64,000 nt of DNA from a virus. Taxonomy: Duplodnaviria > Caudoviricetes. The stretch's first letter is position 1, and each line of letters opens with the position of its first letter. Positions 1-9,905 of this stretch are shown here, one piece after another. The translations under genes were made by a program, and so were the position numbers. The notes beneath the pieces are model-generated. The model saw only the letters and a list, made by a program, of their open reading frames with translations, had not been told where the DNA came from and made no database searches. The DNA is taken from IMG/VR virus record IMGVR_UViG_3300025154_001556. One strand, 5' to 3'.

Positions 1-15
1 TCAGACCATAAGCTG

Positions 16-483
16 ATGTGGCAGGCTTTTGAGGCCTCATCAAAATGGGTAACACGTCGAAATAATGATGCACTTGTTTTTGTAAATATGTACGGTTTAA
101 AGGTGCTGTTAGTAAAAGTAGCTAAACCCGATATAAACGCGTACAGCGTCATAGACCACTCAAATAATCTAAGATGTAATTGCATGGTAATGGACCATAA
201 TGGGCAAGTATTGGAGGTTGTTCCTGGGGCATATAAAGATTGTCAGGATAAAGCCATCTACTTGGCAAGTGAGTTTACATCGAGCAATAGTATGTCATTA
301 GAACGGTATGTGCATATACTTACGCAGGATGGTTGGTCTAATCATATATCACGCAAGTACCTTACACGTAAATCATCACATGGCAAAGTCCCCGTGCGGA
401 AAGGGGTTAATGCCAAAGGCAGTACTAGTAGTGCACTGCATGAAGCAATTATGTCTGCTCAACAGACAGAGCCCATATTTTAA
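16..483 (+). CDS. hypothetical protein (start uncertain)
   Basis: 155 aa ORF in the same orientation as its neighbours; no motif recognised. Confidence 0.45.
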   Translation: MWQAFEASSKWVTRRNNDALVFVNMYGLKVLLVKVAKPDINAYSVIDHSNNLRCNCMVMDHNGQVLEVVPGAYKDCQDKAIYLASEFTSSNSMSLERYVHILTQDGWSNHISRKYLTRKSSHGKVPVRKGVNAKGSTSSALHEAIMSAQQTEPIF

Positions 484-496
484 AGGAGTGATTATT

Positions 497-880
497 ATGG
501 AAGTGTTTGTATATGGTACACTAAAAGTTGGCGGCAGGTATGCGCACCTATTCAATAGGATGCGTAGTTTTGTTACCCAGGCAAAGGTAAAAGGAACTAT
601 GTATAGTGTGGGTGGTAGTTATCCAGCGGTGGTTCTCGATGGTGACACAGAGATAGCGGGAGAGTTGCATCAGTACCCTGATGATAAAAGGAAAGAAATA
701 CTTGCTCGGTTGGATTCCATTGAAGGTTACCGCGGTCCTGATAATGTCAATAATCTATACAACAGGAAAGAGGTGGAAGTTACCACAGCGGATGGGAAAA
801 GCGTTAAAGCAATGATGTATGTGTTTAACCGTGAAGTAGCGCAACTTGAGAAGGTGGCCGACGGGTATTGGCCTGTGTAA
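497..880 (+). CDS. gamma-glutamylcyclotransferase (GGCT/AIG2-like)
   Basis: N-terminal VFVYGTLK motif, G.YP, LD.IEG and Y.R..V motifs; RBS GGAG before ATG 497 (the track start at 308 is too far upstream). Confidence 0.9.
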   Translation: MEVFVYGTLKVGGRYAHLFNRMRSFVTQAKVKGTMYSVGGSYPAVVLDGDTEIAGELHQYPDDKRKEILARLDSIEGYRGPDNVNNLYNRKEVEVTTADGKSVKAMMYVFNREVAQLEKVADGYWPV

Positions 881-959
881 GTGGGTGGTGTTTTTCCCGC
901 TTCGCGGCTGGTTGGGTAGTACTACTTTATCTTAACACATAGTAAGGAGAAAAAACAAA

Positions 960-1298
960 ATGGCAAGTACACAGAAAATCATCTCGATTTCTCTAAAAAA
1001 CGTTCCACAAGGTATGCCGCAACATTTTATCGTGGATCAACCACCAATATTCAAATACAATGCGAACGGCACGACTGGGGGTAACCTCGTGCCTGATTGC
1101 CCTGCGGTTAACAAAATAACCTTTCCGGCAATTGACAATCCGAAGCGGGTATACCCAGATCCGTGTTACATTGTAAGCTTCGTTGATTCAGAAATTAAAC
1201 GAATTATTCCAGTGGCAGAAGTAATAGATGTGTGTTACACCACTGTCAACACGAAACCCGCGAAAGGGGATTCAGTCCCCGATTTGCCGGAAGATTAA
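960..1298 (+). CDS. hypothetical protein
   Basis: 112 aa ORF with AAGGAG RBS. Confidence 0.7.
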   Translation: MASTQKIISISLKNVPQGMPQHFIVDQPPIFKYNANGTTGGNLVPDCPAVNKITFPAIDNPKRVYPDPCYIVSFVDSEIKRIIPVAEVIDVCYTTVNTKPAKGDSVPDLPED

Positions 1299-1307
1299 GG
1301 AGTATTC

Positions 1308-2027
1308 ATGACTGGCGATTTATTAAATAAAAAGATACTTGTTGTAGGATCAATTGACTACGGTTACGCAGTATCGGGTCTTGGTACAATAGTAGGAGAG
1401 GTCAAAGACTTCTTTGAAAAACCCGAAGAGTTTTCCTTGGTATTGTTCACCGGAGGTGCTGATGTCAGCCCTGAATTATATGGTGATACGAGTCCAAAGG
1501 GCTATTGTGTTGACCACCCTGCCAGAGATGCTTTTGAAAAAGAGGTATTTAACCACGCCCGTAAACATGATATTCGTATGACAGGTATTTGTCGTGGGAG
1601 TCAATTCATCAACGTTATGTCCGGTGGACGGATGATGCATCATATAACCAACCACGGAGTAGAGCATACATTCTCCAGCCACAGAACCGAAGAAATAATC
1701 AAAGTGTCCTCAACCCATCACCAAATGTGTCTTCCGGGGGAAGGCGGGTATGTGGTTGGGTGGTCTACACAAAGGAGATCCAGAACGTACATCGGCACTG
1801 CTGATATGGAGGAGGCCTATAATGACCAGGAAGTAGAGGCTATACTATATCCGAAAACATTGTGTTTTGGTGTACAATATCATCCTGAATTCTTACGACG
1901 GACTTCTGCCGGATACCAATGGTATTGGCAAGCAATAAAGGAGTTTATTACGTTACCAATAGATGAGTTTACAAAACTCTACACAGGAACAGAAAATGCA
2001 AGAATCGCAGTCGGATCAAACGCCTGA
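1308..2027 (+). CDS. class I glutamine amidotransferase, peptidase C26 (gamma-glutamyl hydrolase-like)
   Basis: FTGGADVSPELYG, GICRGSQ (nucleophile Cys), STHHQ, GVQYHPE (His-Glu of the triad). Confidence 0.9.
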   Translation: MTGDLLNKKILVVGSIDYGYAVSGLGTIVGEVKDFFEKPEEFSLVLFTGGADVSPELYGDTSPKGYCVDHPARDAFEKEVFNHARKHDIRMTGICRGSQFINVMSGGRMMHHITNHGVEHTFSSHRTEEIIKVSSTHHQMCLPGEGGYVVGWSTQRRSRTYIGTADMEEAYNDQEVEAILYPKTLCFGVQYHPEFLRRTSAGYQWYWQAIKEFITLPIDEFTKLYTGTENARIAVGSNA

Positions 2028-2451
2028 CCTTGTTGATCTTCATTTAATCATGCTTCTCCATGATGGAAGGATCGTATGTACAAGGTCTTTCAATCGATAC
2101 AATGTTGTACCCGCTTGGTATACTTCCATGTACAAAGCGGGTATACACCACGCCAATATAAAACAGTATGTGAAAGCACACGTAAAGGCTCAGTTTGGTT
2201 ACGATATCGCTGAAAACGACATATTGTCTTTCATGTCAACATATACCGATACTACAAAAATAAAAACATTGGTGTACAAATTAATTTTGTCCAATACAGT
2301 GCATTTTAAAGTATCGAGTACACGTGAAGTAAAGGCGTTGCATATAGCGGAGCTCTTTACGGAGCACAGCAGAAATAAAAATGCTTTTGTTGAAATAGGC
2401 ATTGATATAATAAACATTGCTGACAGCATTGGAGAATTGTATGAACAGTAA
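1996..2451 (+). CDS. hypothetical protein
   Basis: ORF overlapping the upstream stop; start could also be 1963. Confidence 0.6.
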   Translation: MQESQSDQTPDLVDLHLIMLLHDGRIVCTRSFNRYNVVPAWYTSMYKAGIHHANIKQYVKAHVKAQFGYDIAENDILSFMSTYTDTTKIKTLVYKLILSNTVHFKVSSTREVKALHIAELFTEHSRNKNAFVEIGIDIINIADSIGELYEQ

Positions 2452-2971
2452 CTTTACAGTGAAAGACTCGTTGAAGGAAAACGTGGGAGGTGAGGTCATC
2501 ATCATCTGTCCGAAAGCAGAGTCCTTTGCAAGTGTTCTCATTGGAACTGTTGAAGTGTGTGATCAGGTAGTTGAGGCAGCAGACTCCTTAATTGAGTATC
2601 CAGCTGTTGATAGTCTGGATTATGGAGTACTACATGGGGTATTGACAGAAGCAACAACTTTGCCGGCAAGTATACCCAAAGGAGTAAAGACCTTTTTACT
2701 GATAATGGACGAAGACCACGAAACCGGTGGTGCCTTTGAGGTAAAAAGCAAAGGTGTCTTGGGTGTTGCCGAAGAGATTCAGGAGTTAGTGTCGGGTTTT
2801 GACGGCGATGCGACCGCGGCAATAGACATAGAACAAATATATATTATCTACGGTTACGAAATTAAGACAATGCTAACTATTGATGAATCCACCGTAGATG
2901 ATGAAGTGCTTTCTGAAGCAAAGGAAATGCTGGACACAATTCCAGAGACAGAAGAAATGCATTTTGCTTAA
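2441..2971 (+). CDS. hypothetical acidic protein
   Basis: GGAG RBS before ATG 2441; Asp/Glu-rich. Confidence 0.7.
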   Translation: MNSNFTVKDSLKENVGGEVIIICPKAESFASVLIGTVEVCDQVVEAADSLIEYPAVDSLDYGVLHGVLTEATTLPASIPKGVKTFLLIMDEDHETGGAFEVKSKGVLGVAEEIQELVSGFDGDATAAIDIEQIYIIYGYEIKTMLTIDESTVDDEVLSEAKEMLDTIPETEEMHFA

Positions 2972-2989
2972 CTTGAAGGAGACTACATA

Positions 2990-3379
2990 ATGGCTGAGAA
3001 GAAACTAACGAGAATAACCCAATACGGGAAGAACATCACGAAACCTGATCTCGTTGGGAGATTGTTGGGGGTAGTTGATGACAACCTGTTCTCAATTATA
3101 AAAAGAGACACTGAGGCAGTCAGGAAAGTACTGTCAGAAGAAACAGTTGCAATTACAGATGTGGTTTCTGTCTTGGAAACGGCAGATCTAGACACTACTG
3201 GATTGCGAATCGCATTAGCAGTAAAAAGAGTGGGCAAAGATCCTTGTACAAAAAGTAGATTGTATGTAACCCCAAGAATAAAAAGTATCACTGCCTATAC
3301 AGCGGGTAAGTCTCTTTCAGCTACATCGGAAGCCAGTCCACTTGATTGGTTCAGAGTGGAAACACTTGAGGAGGTTTAA
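2990..3379 (+). CDS. hypothetical protein
   Basis: 129 aa ORF, AAGGAG RBS. Confidence 0.7.
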   Translation: MAEKKLTRITQYGKNITKPDLVGRLLGVVDDNLFSIIKRDTEAVRKVLSEETVAITDVVSVLETADLDTTGLRIALAVKRVGKDPCTKSRLYVTPRIKSITAYTAGKSLSATSEASPLDWFRVETLEEV

Positions 3380-4087
3380 ATGATATACACGGCGCTCTAT
3401 GAGCCTGGAACCAAAATAGTAAGTATTAGAGATCCAAAATGTGGTCTTTTCAGTCCAGGATCAGTAATGTATTTTTCACACATGGAACGGACTATGGATC
3501 AGCAGGCATGTCTGGTCCGATGCAAATTAGTGGTGATAAAACGTGGAAAAACGGGTAAACCACGTTTGGATTATTGTGCTATAACAATACCTCTTGTATG
3601 GGCTACAGATACAAAGTTGCAAGAACTTATTGAAGCGGTGGCAAATGCCAACGGTGTTGACTTCAACATCGTTGTATATGAGCCAACAAATGAAGGTAAC
3701 GCAAATCTAAAGTACGTAACAGATTTAGACTTTTTGGCTTTTGTTTTGTCAAAAGTAATGTTTTTAAATCACATCAATAAATTAAATAACTACAATTTTT
3801 GGCCTAAAACCCCAAACTTTATATTAAATATCTTCAAGGACGTTATTGCCAAAAGTAGTTTAGACGACTTAACTAAAAACATGGTTAATACTTTAACTAC
3901 TGTTAAAGCACGAAGTGAGGTATTGAACGAGCTGCGCTTTCTAGAGGCACTACTACAGCAACAAGTAACTTTGTACATGGGATCATATAAAAAAAGCTAC
4001 CATAATTGTATAAACGGCTGTATAAGGCCTGCGCTAGCAGGGAAAAAGCCTGATTATTATGATGAGCTGGTACAACTTACTGTTTAA
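3380..4087 (+). CDS. hypothetical protein
   Basis: 235 aa ORF abutting the previous stop, GGAGG RBS. Confidence 0.7.
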   Translation: MIYTALYEPGTKIVSIRDPKCGLFSPGSVMYFSHMERTMDQQACLVRCKLVVIKRGKTGKPRLDYCAITIPLVWATDTKLQELIEAVANANGVDFNIVVYEPTNEGNANLKYVTDLDFLAFVLSKVMFLNHINKLNNYNFWPKTPNFILNIFKDVIAKSSLDDLTKNMVNTLTTVKARSEVLNELRFLEALLQQQVTLYMGSYKKSYHNCINGCIRPALAGKKPDYYDELVQLTV

Positions 4088-4104
4088 CATGAGGGGAATT
4101 AACA

Positions 4105-4968
4105 ATGTTCACGATAGGCGCCAAAATAAAGATACTTGGTAGCAGTTTACTGCGTAGCATGGGCCCTTGTACGGGTAGTACAGGATATGTAAGCCAAATA
4201 GACCACATACTTATGGAGGATTTCGGAGCCGTCCAGGAGGTTACAATATTTTTTGATCGTTTCGGTTATAAGTCTTCTGGTGGTCGTTGTGAAAAGAAAC
4301 GTGTCTTAAATATTGTCCCCTTTGAGACACCACCGTCTACTGTCATAAAAATGTTGCGTAAAAATCTTTCTTTTTTAAATGAATTAATTATGAGGAGTAC
4401 GGATAGGAAAGATTTAATCGAAATACCGAAAGTGGTACTAGCTCCAGCAGCTGCAGTCGATCTCAGTAAAATATCTATTCTTGAACAGCTGTGTTGGGCA
4501 AAAAGTATCCTTCATCCAGAAGATACAAGGTATTTATTATTGAATTGGGCATCAAGTAGAAAAAGCCCTAAGTCGAACTTTATCAGCGCTGACCTTTTAA
4601 AGGACATTAGTGAATTTGTGCTATTGCCAAGAGAAAAACAACTTGCTAAAATAGGTGAGAAGTTTGGTCAGCTGGTGGTAGCACATCGACTAATTAATAT
4701 TATTAACGAGGTTGATTTTCCTCCGCAGATAGTGGCACTTAATGGTCCTTACCAACAACTCTTACAGAAACTCTCATTGAATCACGGAATGCTTAAAAGT
4801 CACTTTGAGGAAGTACTTTTCAAGAGTTTGTTATTACAGGTTTGTTTTACACAAGCTTATGAGTATATTAAATATGTAACAAGAGGTGAACAGTTAAAAA
4901 ATGGTCGCAGCGCGGCTAGCATCATTAGAGAAACAGATCAATGGAAGGAGGATCTAAGTAAACTTTAA
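4105..4968 (+). CDS. hypothetical protein
   Basis: 287 aa ORF, GAGGGG RBS. Confidence 0.7.
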   Translation: MFTIGAKIKILGSSLLRSMGPCTGSTGYVSQIDHILMEDFGAVQEVTIFFDRFGYKSSGGRCEKKRVLNIVPFETPPSTVIKMLRKNLSFLNELIMRSTDRKDLIEIPKVVLAPAAAVDLSKISILEQLCWAKSILHPEDTRYLLLNWASSRKSPKSNFISADLLKDISEFVLLPREKQLAKIGEKFGQLVVAHRLINIINEVDFPPQIVALNGPYQQLLQKLSLNHGMLKSHFEEVLFKSLLLQVCFTQAYEYIKYVTRGEQLKNGRSAASIIRETDQWKEDLSKL

Positions 4969-5061
4969 ATCGGATGAATTGTTACATATAATACAGGTCC
5001 AGTACAGTGTATCTGAATGCTGTATACCAAGTAATTTTTCACATTGTGGAGGTAGTCTTTC

Positions 5062-8000
5062 GTGATAGAACTGATTAATAAACGGGTTAGTGACATTACA
5101 AGTACTTTTGCGTCAAGTTTAAGAAATGGGATGTTAAATAACATCGGTTCCAAGGTATTGGAAACGCCAGCAGGATTCAAACACGAATTGTTGGATAATA
5201 CCTTATGGTTGTACGTGAATGATATGGAGGGGGCACAGCACTCCATTGATATCCCGTTACCATTCACAGAGAATGGAGTGTTGCTGATAAAGCACAATGA
5301 TGTTAAACGTAGTTTAGGAAACCACCTGCTGGAACCAGCAGGAGAGATCCTGGATTATTTGAGTATTATTTCCAAAATAATATTTGAAGTATGTCCAGAG
5401 TTCATTCCACAATACTTGCAAAAACAAGTGCCTTTTATTTATCAGTTAGCCACCGGGGTAAAATGGGGCACAGTAGCTATAACCATCAAGAATCTGCAAA
5501 GTACAATAAACAACCTCATAAATGACTATCCGTTGCATGAGACTTATATGAATAGCTTTGCTATGAATCAAAGACTCATAATTGTTGACCCAGAGTTTGC
5601 CGGTTCAAACCCAAAAGTACGTCATGCTTACCAAATGGCAAAAGCAGATAAATATTTTCCCAAAGGCTGGTCCACCATGGGCTTATCTGACGGCGTGCTG
5701 TCCTCGAAAAACTACATATTGACCGTGGATTTACGGAGGCTTACACCTTTCGGTTTAAGCTATCATAACCCCCAAAGGAATCTTTATTCCACTTTGGGCA
5801 TGCGAGGAGATGAATCCCCGTTAATTATGACTGATTCAAACAAGTATCTGGCCGACCACGGTATTACACGCTCTGGCTGGAATCTGTTCACTGTATTCGT
5901 TGACATTCCTGATGTATGGGAAGATCAATTGATGATGGATATTTCTCACGCAAACAAAAGTGTGACTTACAACAAGAGGTACCAGCTGTTTGGAACACTG
6001 TCTGTAAAACAAGGGGATTCATTGAAAGTGGGCGCCGTGCTTTCTGTGGCAACAGATGGTGAAGTAACCACATTCAAAGAGATAGCTGATAAAGCAGTGG
6101 TCTCTGAAATAAACAACATTGTAACGAATGTAGGTGGAAAGAAAGTTCCCTCATTCAGTGTTATAGTGGCACTAACCCGTAAATTAAAGGATGGGGTCAA
6201 ACTCACTAATTTATCCGCAAACAAAGGGGTAATTCGATTAAAAGATCTTGGTTATGCGGTTGATCCCAGAACCGGGGAAAAGCGTAAAATTGATGTGATC
6301 GTTTCTTCACGAGCAGTACAAAAGAGGAAGAATTACGGACAGGTTATTGAGGCCCTGTCTAATAATTTAAATGACGAAAAGCCCACCATAGTAGCTGATA
6401 ACGTTACTGTGGACATAGCAGCATTGCCGGCAGCCCTTAAAGAAAAGGGATTCAAAGAGGATGGCACATGGGAATGTGACACTTATGCCGGAAAGTTCAA
6501 TTGTGTGGCAGGAAAAGTATTTTGGGGGGTCACACATGATGTAGAGGACATGCTTTGGACCAAAGCGGATACCAACATGACCAACGGTAGGGGGTTAAGA
6601 ACCGCCGGGTTGAAGTTCTCCACAGTAGAACTGCGTGCGTTAACAACACGCTTTGGAAAAGATAATGCCATTGTTGATGAGGTAATGTCTTACGCACAAG
6701 GGGCGGATGATTTGCAAGAGAAGCTGGACATACTTAAAGCAAAACGCGGCGAGCTGCCAGAAGGTAAATATGTTGTACCGTTCAGCAAAGTATTACCAGT
6801 AGATGTATCCAAGTCTACAATTGTACCAAAAGAAAATATAGTTGGTACGGTGGTAGATGAGAATTTTTATAAAGAAGGTTTCGTTCTTCAATTACCCATT
6901 ACTTTTGAAGTGCGCATACAAGAAAATGGTGAGATTGCATATGAAGGGGGTCCTTTACCTTCGGAAGTTGCAGCAGCGGCAGGCCAAATTGTTGTACAAA
7001 GTGACAAGATTTACATACCGTCTGCGCCATTAAGAAAATCATGGCGGCACGATACTGGTAATTACGGCCTAAGTGATACAGCCACCCTCATAAATAATGT
7101 CCTGTTGTTAAGTTACCGCTACGCCGCGGCCCCAACTGTGGATATAAACCACAAACTGCTGATGAATTCAATATTCGCTTACTTTGGCAGAACAGCTTTA
7201 TCGTTATCAACGAAGAAAGGGGATTTGAGTGTTTACGGAATGGCCGTCCGCTACCCGTTCTCTGCAAAAGCGGTGGCTACTTTGAGTAACAGCCTTCCAA
7301 AGAATACCATTGAGATACACAGATCAATGGCGGATGTACTGGAAGTGAATAATGACGACATTGTACTTGTGGAGAGATTCCCTTGCTTAGGCTTCATGTC
7401 TATTCGCCCGCAAAAGGTAAAAATCACCGACGATGAGCTGTGTCGTTATACCATCCGTGCAAGTGGTAACAGTTTGGGATCGTTGGGTTTGGATTTCGAT
7501 GGTGATGTTATTTATTTAGCCTCGTTTCATACGCCTGAAGCTAAGGAGGCTTTAAGGAGAGAATGGACCAACCCAAATAAAACTTGCTATGATAACATTT
7601 CGCTGTTAAATAACAAGATGGGTCGGCCGAGCACAAAAGCGTATTCTTTACAGGATTATGCGATTAAAGCATTTGCCCCATTGACAATGGAATCACATAA
7701 TGATATAGTGGATAAAGCCACAGGTGTAAAGAGCTATACAGGCCCTGTAATATCATTGGCCTACAATATCATGCGCATCATGGAAAACTCCGAAGTGAAA
7801 GACGATCAAAAGACCAATTGCGCAGTGGAAATGTTTTTAGACAGGGTAGCCAACTCCATATTCAAACAGAAACATGGCGCTGTCCCGTTAAGAGACATAG
7901 TTGTAGACGCAGTATGCACTGCAGATATAGAGACGCTGGTGCAACATGGTTTTGAAAGAAGTACCTCTACCATGATTTGTGATACCATAAAAAAGAAGGC

Positions 8001-8478
8001 TCTGTTACGGGGAGTTACTAACCTTGTAGAACACCATGAATTCATCAAAGCAAATAATCGAAGTAACATAATAAACACTATTATGCGAAACGAAAACTTG
8101 GTGTACTTTGCAAGCAGGTCGGCGCTTGAACCCTGCGAGCTTTTGTACCATTTGGAGCAGGAGGTAGTTGATATACCAAGCAAGTTACTGGCTTGGATTA
8201 TGTCAGTGAAATCCGAGAATGTGAGGAACATCCTAACTATTCGAAAAGAGGAGGCACCATTTAAAGCAATAAAGAATCATGCGTTCAGAGAAGCAGGACA
8301 AGAACTTGCACAGTACGTAGAAGATCTTTTAACCGCAAATGTAACTGCCAAAGAAAACACCCTCCCCACCGAGGAGGAGATAGGTGAATTAGTGGCTACA
8401 ACAAAAACATTTTTAAGGAGCATAAACTATGGCAAACGAGAAATCAACAACGCCCTACATGGGCATATCAATAAATGA
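5062..8478 (+). CDS. single-chain two-barrel DNA-dependent RNA polymerase (beta-like and beta-prime-like motifs in one polypeptide)
   Basis: Beta-like motifs: DGVKLTNLSANKGVI, IDVIVSSRAVQKRKNYGQVIE, AGLKFSTVELRAL. Beta-prime-like motifs: KKGDLSVYGMAVRYPFSAKAV, VLVERFPCL, catalytic LDFDGD at 7492-7506. GTG start with GGAGG RBS. Confidence 0.9.
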   Translation: MIELINKRVSDITSTFASSLRNGMLNNIGSKVLETPAGFKHELLDNTLWLYVNDMEGAQHSIDIPLPFTENGVLLIKHNDVKRSLGNHLLEPAGEILDYLSIISKIIFEVCPEFIPQYLQKQVPFIYQLATGVKWGTVAITIKNLQSTINNLINDYPLHETYMNSFAMNQRLIIVDPEFAGSNPKVRHAYQMAKADKYFPKGWSTMGLSDGVLSSKNYILTVDLRRLTPFGLSYHNPQRNLYSTLGMRGDESPLIMTDSNKYLADHGITRSGWNLFTVFVDIPDVWEDQLMMDISHANKSVTYNKRYQLFGTLSVKQGDSLKVGAVLSVATDGEVTTFKEIADKAVVSEINNIVTNVGGKKVPSFSVIVALTRKLKDGVKLTNLSANKGVIRLKDLGYAVDPRTGEKRKIDVIVSSRAVQKRKNYGQVIEALSNNLNDEKPTIVADNVTVDIAALPAALKEKGFKEDGTWECDTYAGKFNCVAGKVFWGVTHDVEDMLWTKADTNMTNGRGLRTAGLKFSTVELRALTTRFGKDNAIVDEVMSYAQGADDLQEKLDILKAKRGELPEGKYVVPFSKVLPVDVSKSTIVPKENIVGTVVDENFYKEGFVLQLPITFEVRIQENGEIAYEGGPLPSEVAAAAGQIVVQSDKIYIPSAPLRKSWRHDTGNYGLSDTATLINNVLLLSYRYAAAPTVDINHKLLMNSIFAYFGRTALSLSTKKGDLSVYGMAVRYPFSAKAVATLSNSLPKNTIEIHRSMADVLEVNNDDIVLVERFPCLGFMSIRPQKVKITDDELCRYTIRASGNSLGSLGLDFDGDVIYLASFHTPEAKEALRREWTNPNKTCYDNISLLNNKMGRPSTKAYSLQDYAIKAFAPLTMESHNDIVDKATGVKSYTGPVISLAYNIMRIMENSEVKDDQKTNCAVEMFLDRVANSIFKQKHGAVPLRDIVVDAVCTADIETLVQHGFERSTSTMICDTIKKKALLRGVTNLVEHHEFIKANNRSNIINTIMRNENLVYFASRSALEPCELLYHLEQEVVDIPSKLLAWIMSVKSENVRNILTIRKEEAPFKAIKNHAFREAGQELAQYVEDLLTANVTAKENTLPTEEEIGELVATTKTFLRSINYGKREINNALHGHINK

Positions 8479-8827
8479 ATCCGAGTTCATCGGTAAGGTA
8501 GCCAGCGAGCCGGAGTACTTCAAGGTCGGTGAAGGGCAAGGTGCTTTTGTCAAGTTGTTGACCCGCTTCAGGAAATTGGATACCAATGGCCAGTGGGTTG
8601 ATGCCGAACAGATTATTCCGTTGGTATGCATGGATACCACAAAAGTGGAAAATACCATCAAAAAGTATGTTCCGGTCGGCCGTCAGCTCCGAGTAACTGC
8701 CTATTACAGCACCTGGGGTAATAACAACGAAAATCACGGTTTTTTCATCACAGGCATCATTCTTGGTGATAAGCCCTTCACTCCGAAGGATACCACCAAA
8801 GACACTGGCCCTGCTTTACCGATGTAA
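8429..8827 (+). CDS. ssb: single-stranded DNA-binding protein (OB fold)
   Basis: INESEFIGKVASEPEY, NGQWVD, G..L.V...Y.T pattern typical of SSB; acidic/Pro tail. Confidence 0.8.
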   Translation: MANEKSTTPYMGISINESEFIGKVASEPEYFKVGEGQGAFVKLLTRFRKLDTNGQWVDAEQIIPLVCMDTTKVENTIKKYVPVGRQLRVTAYYSTWGNNNENHGFFITGIILGDKPFTPKDTTKDTGPALPM

Positions 8828-8845
8828 AGCAAGCACATGAAACAA

Positions 8846-8874
8846 GGGGCCTACCTGGTGTAAAGGTAGGCCCC
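8846..8874 (+). terminator. GC-rich hairpin after ssb, probable intrinsic terminator
   Basis: GGGGCCTACCT / AGGTAGGCCCC perfect 11-bp inverted repeat followed by GATTTGCTTT. Confidence 0.6.
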
Positions 8875-8896
8875 GATTTGCTTTAAGGAGTGACTC

Positions 8897-9313
8897 ATGG
8901 GTATACATTTGATGCTTGGTGGACATTCAGCCGGTTCTGCCGAGTTGTTACAACCAAATACGGTTTTAGATCGAGTAGCTCTTCTTGAAAAGAAGTTGGA
9001 TGCTATGACCAAAGCATTTTTGGCGGCGAGAAGGAGCTTATTAAAAAAGAACACCGAAGAAGAAGTTGGGGAAGATATAATTAATCCGAATGAAAACAAG
9101 GACGGTCTACCGTATAATACTTGTTATATTGGAATATCAAGAGGCATTCCCTACATATTAACTATAAATGCTGTCGGGCAATATATTGTTGCAGATAAAG
9201 TATTTAATACATTATCCGCCGCAGCAGAAGCAGTAAGTGGTGTACGAAGGAGTGGTTGGGCATTCTGGAAGTTGCTTGATGGAAGATCCATTAAAGACGT
9301 TTACAGGAAATAA
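8897..9313 (+). CDS. hypothetical protein with C-terminal RAMA/DUF4357-like motif
   Basis: FNTLSAAAEAVSGVRRSGWAFWK resembles the F.S.S.AA..V.G...GW..W signature. Confidence 0.55.
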   Translation: MGIHLMLGGHSAGSAELLQPNTVLDRVALLEKKLDAMTKAFLAARRSLLKKNTEEEVGEDIINPNENKDGLPYNTCYIGISRGIPYILTINAVGQYIVADKVFNTLSAAAEAVSGVRRSGWAFWKLLDGRSIKDVYRK

Positions 9314-9314
9314 C

Positions 9315-9905
9315 ATGGGCAAGAAAAAAAAGAAGTACAGAGACAACACCTCAAAGAAGTGCAGAGGTAACACCTCATCTATTATGAGTAAGTCGGAGTT
9401 CATTGCCAAATACTGCCGAAAGTGTGGTATATGCACCATTGCAACAAATGCCACATTTTGCTATGACATTATGTATAAGCAATCCCCGCAAGAATTTGTG
9501 GGTTGCGCTTACAATGTTTTAAATAACACTTTGGAATGGCCCACCAGAGAAGATGCACAAGAAACATTCATAGAAGACACTTTCTGTAGATCTGGTGCCT
9601 GTGATGTTATGGTAAATCCTTTTGATTATAGAAGTACCTGTGAGTATATAAAAGAGTGTAGGCAAGCATTTGAAGCACAGGTGGCTGATGATTATTCACA
9701 AGATTACAACGACTTTGCAAGTAACGGTTGGGATTGTGCTCATGGGACTACCAACAAAGAAAAGAAAGCGAACAAAACAAAAGTAAAACAAGCGACAGTA
9801 GCAGTCAATAGAACAATGCAAGCAACTTTTTTTACGAACGGCGATGACGCATGGAGAGAAAGCATGAAGCAGGCAATAATTGATGAAGATAACAATAGCA
9901 AATAG
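9315..9905 (+). CDS. hypothetical Cys-rich protein
   Basis: ATG 9315 right after the previous stop; several CxxC-like pairs. Confidence 0.6.
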   Translation: MGKKKKKYRDNTSKKCRGNTSSIMSKSEFIAKYCRKCGICTIATNATFCYDIMYKQSPQEFVGCAYNVLNNTLEWPTREDAQETFIEDTFCRSGACDVMVNPFDYRSTCEYIKECRQAFEAQVADDYSQDYNDFASNGWDCAHGTTNKEKKANKTKVKQATVAVNRTMQATFFTNGDDAWRESMKQAIIDEDNNSK

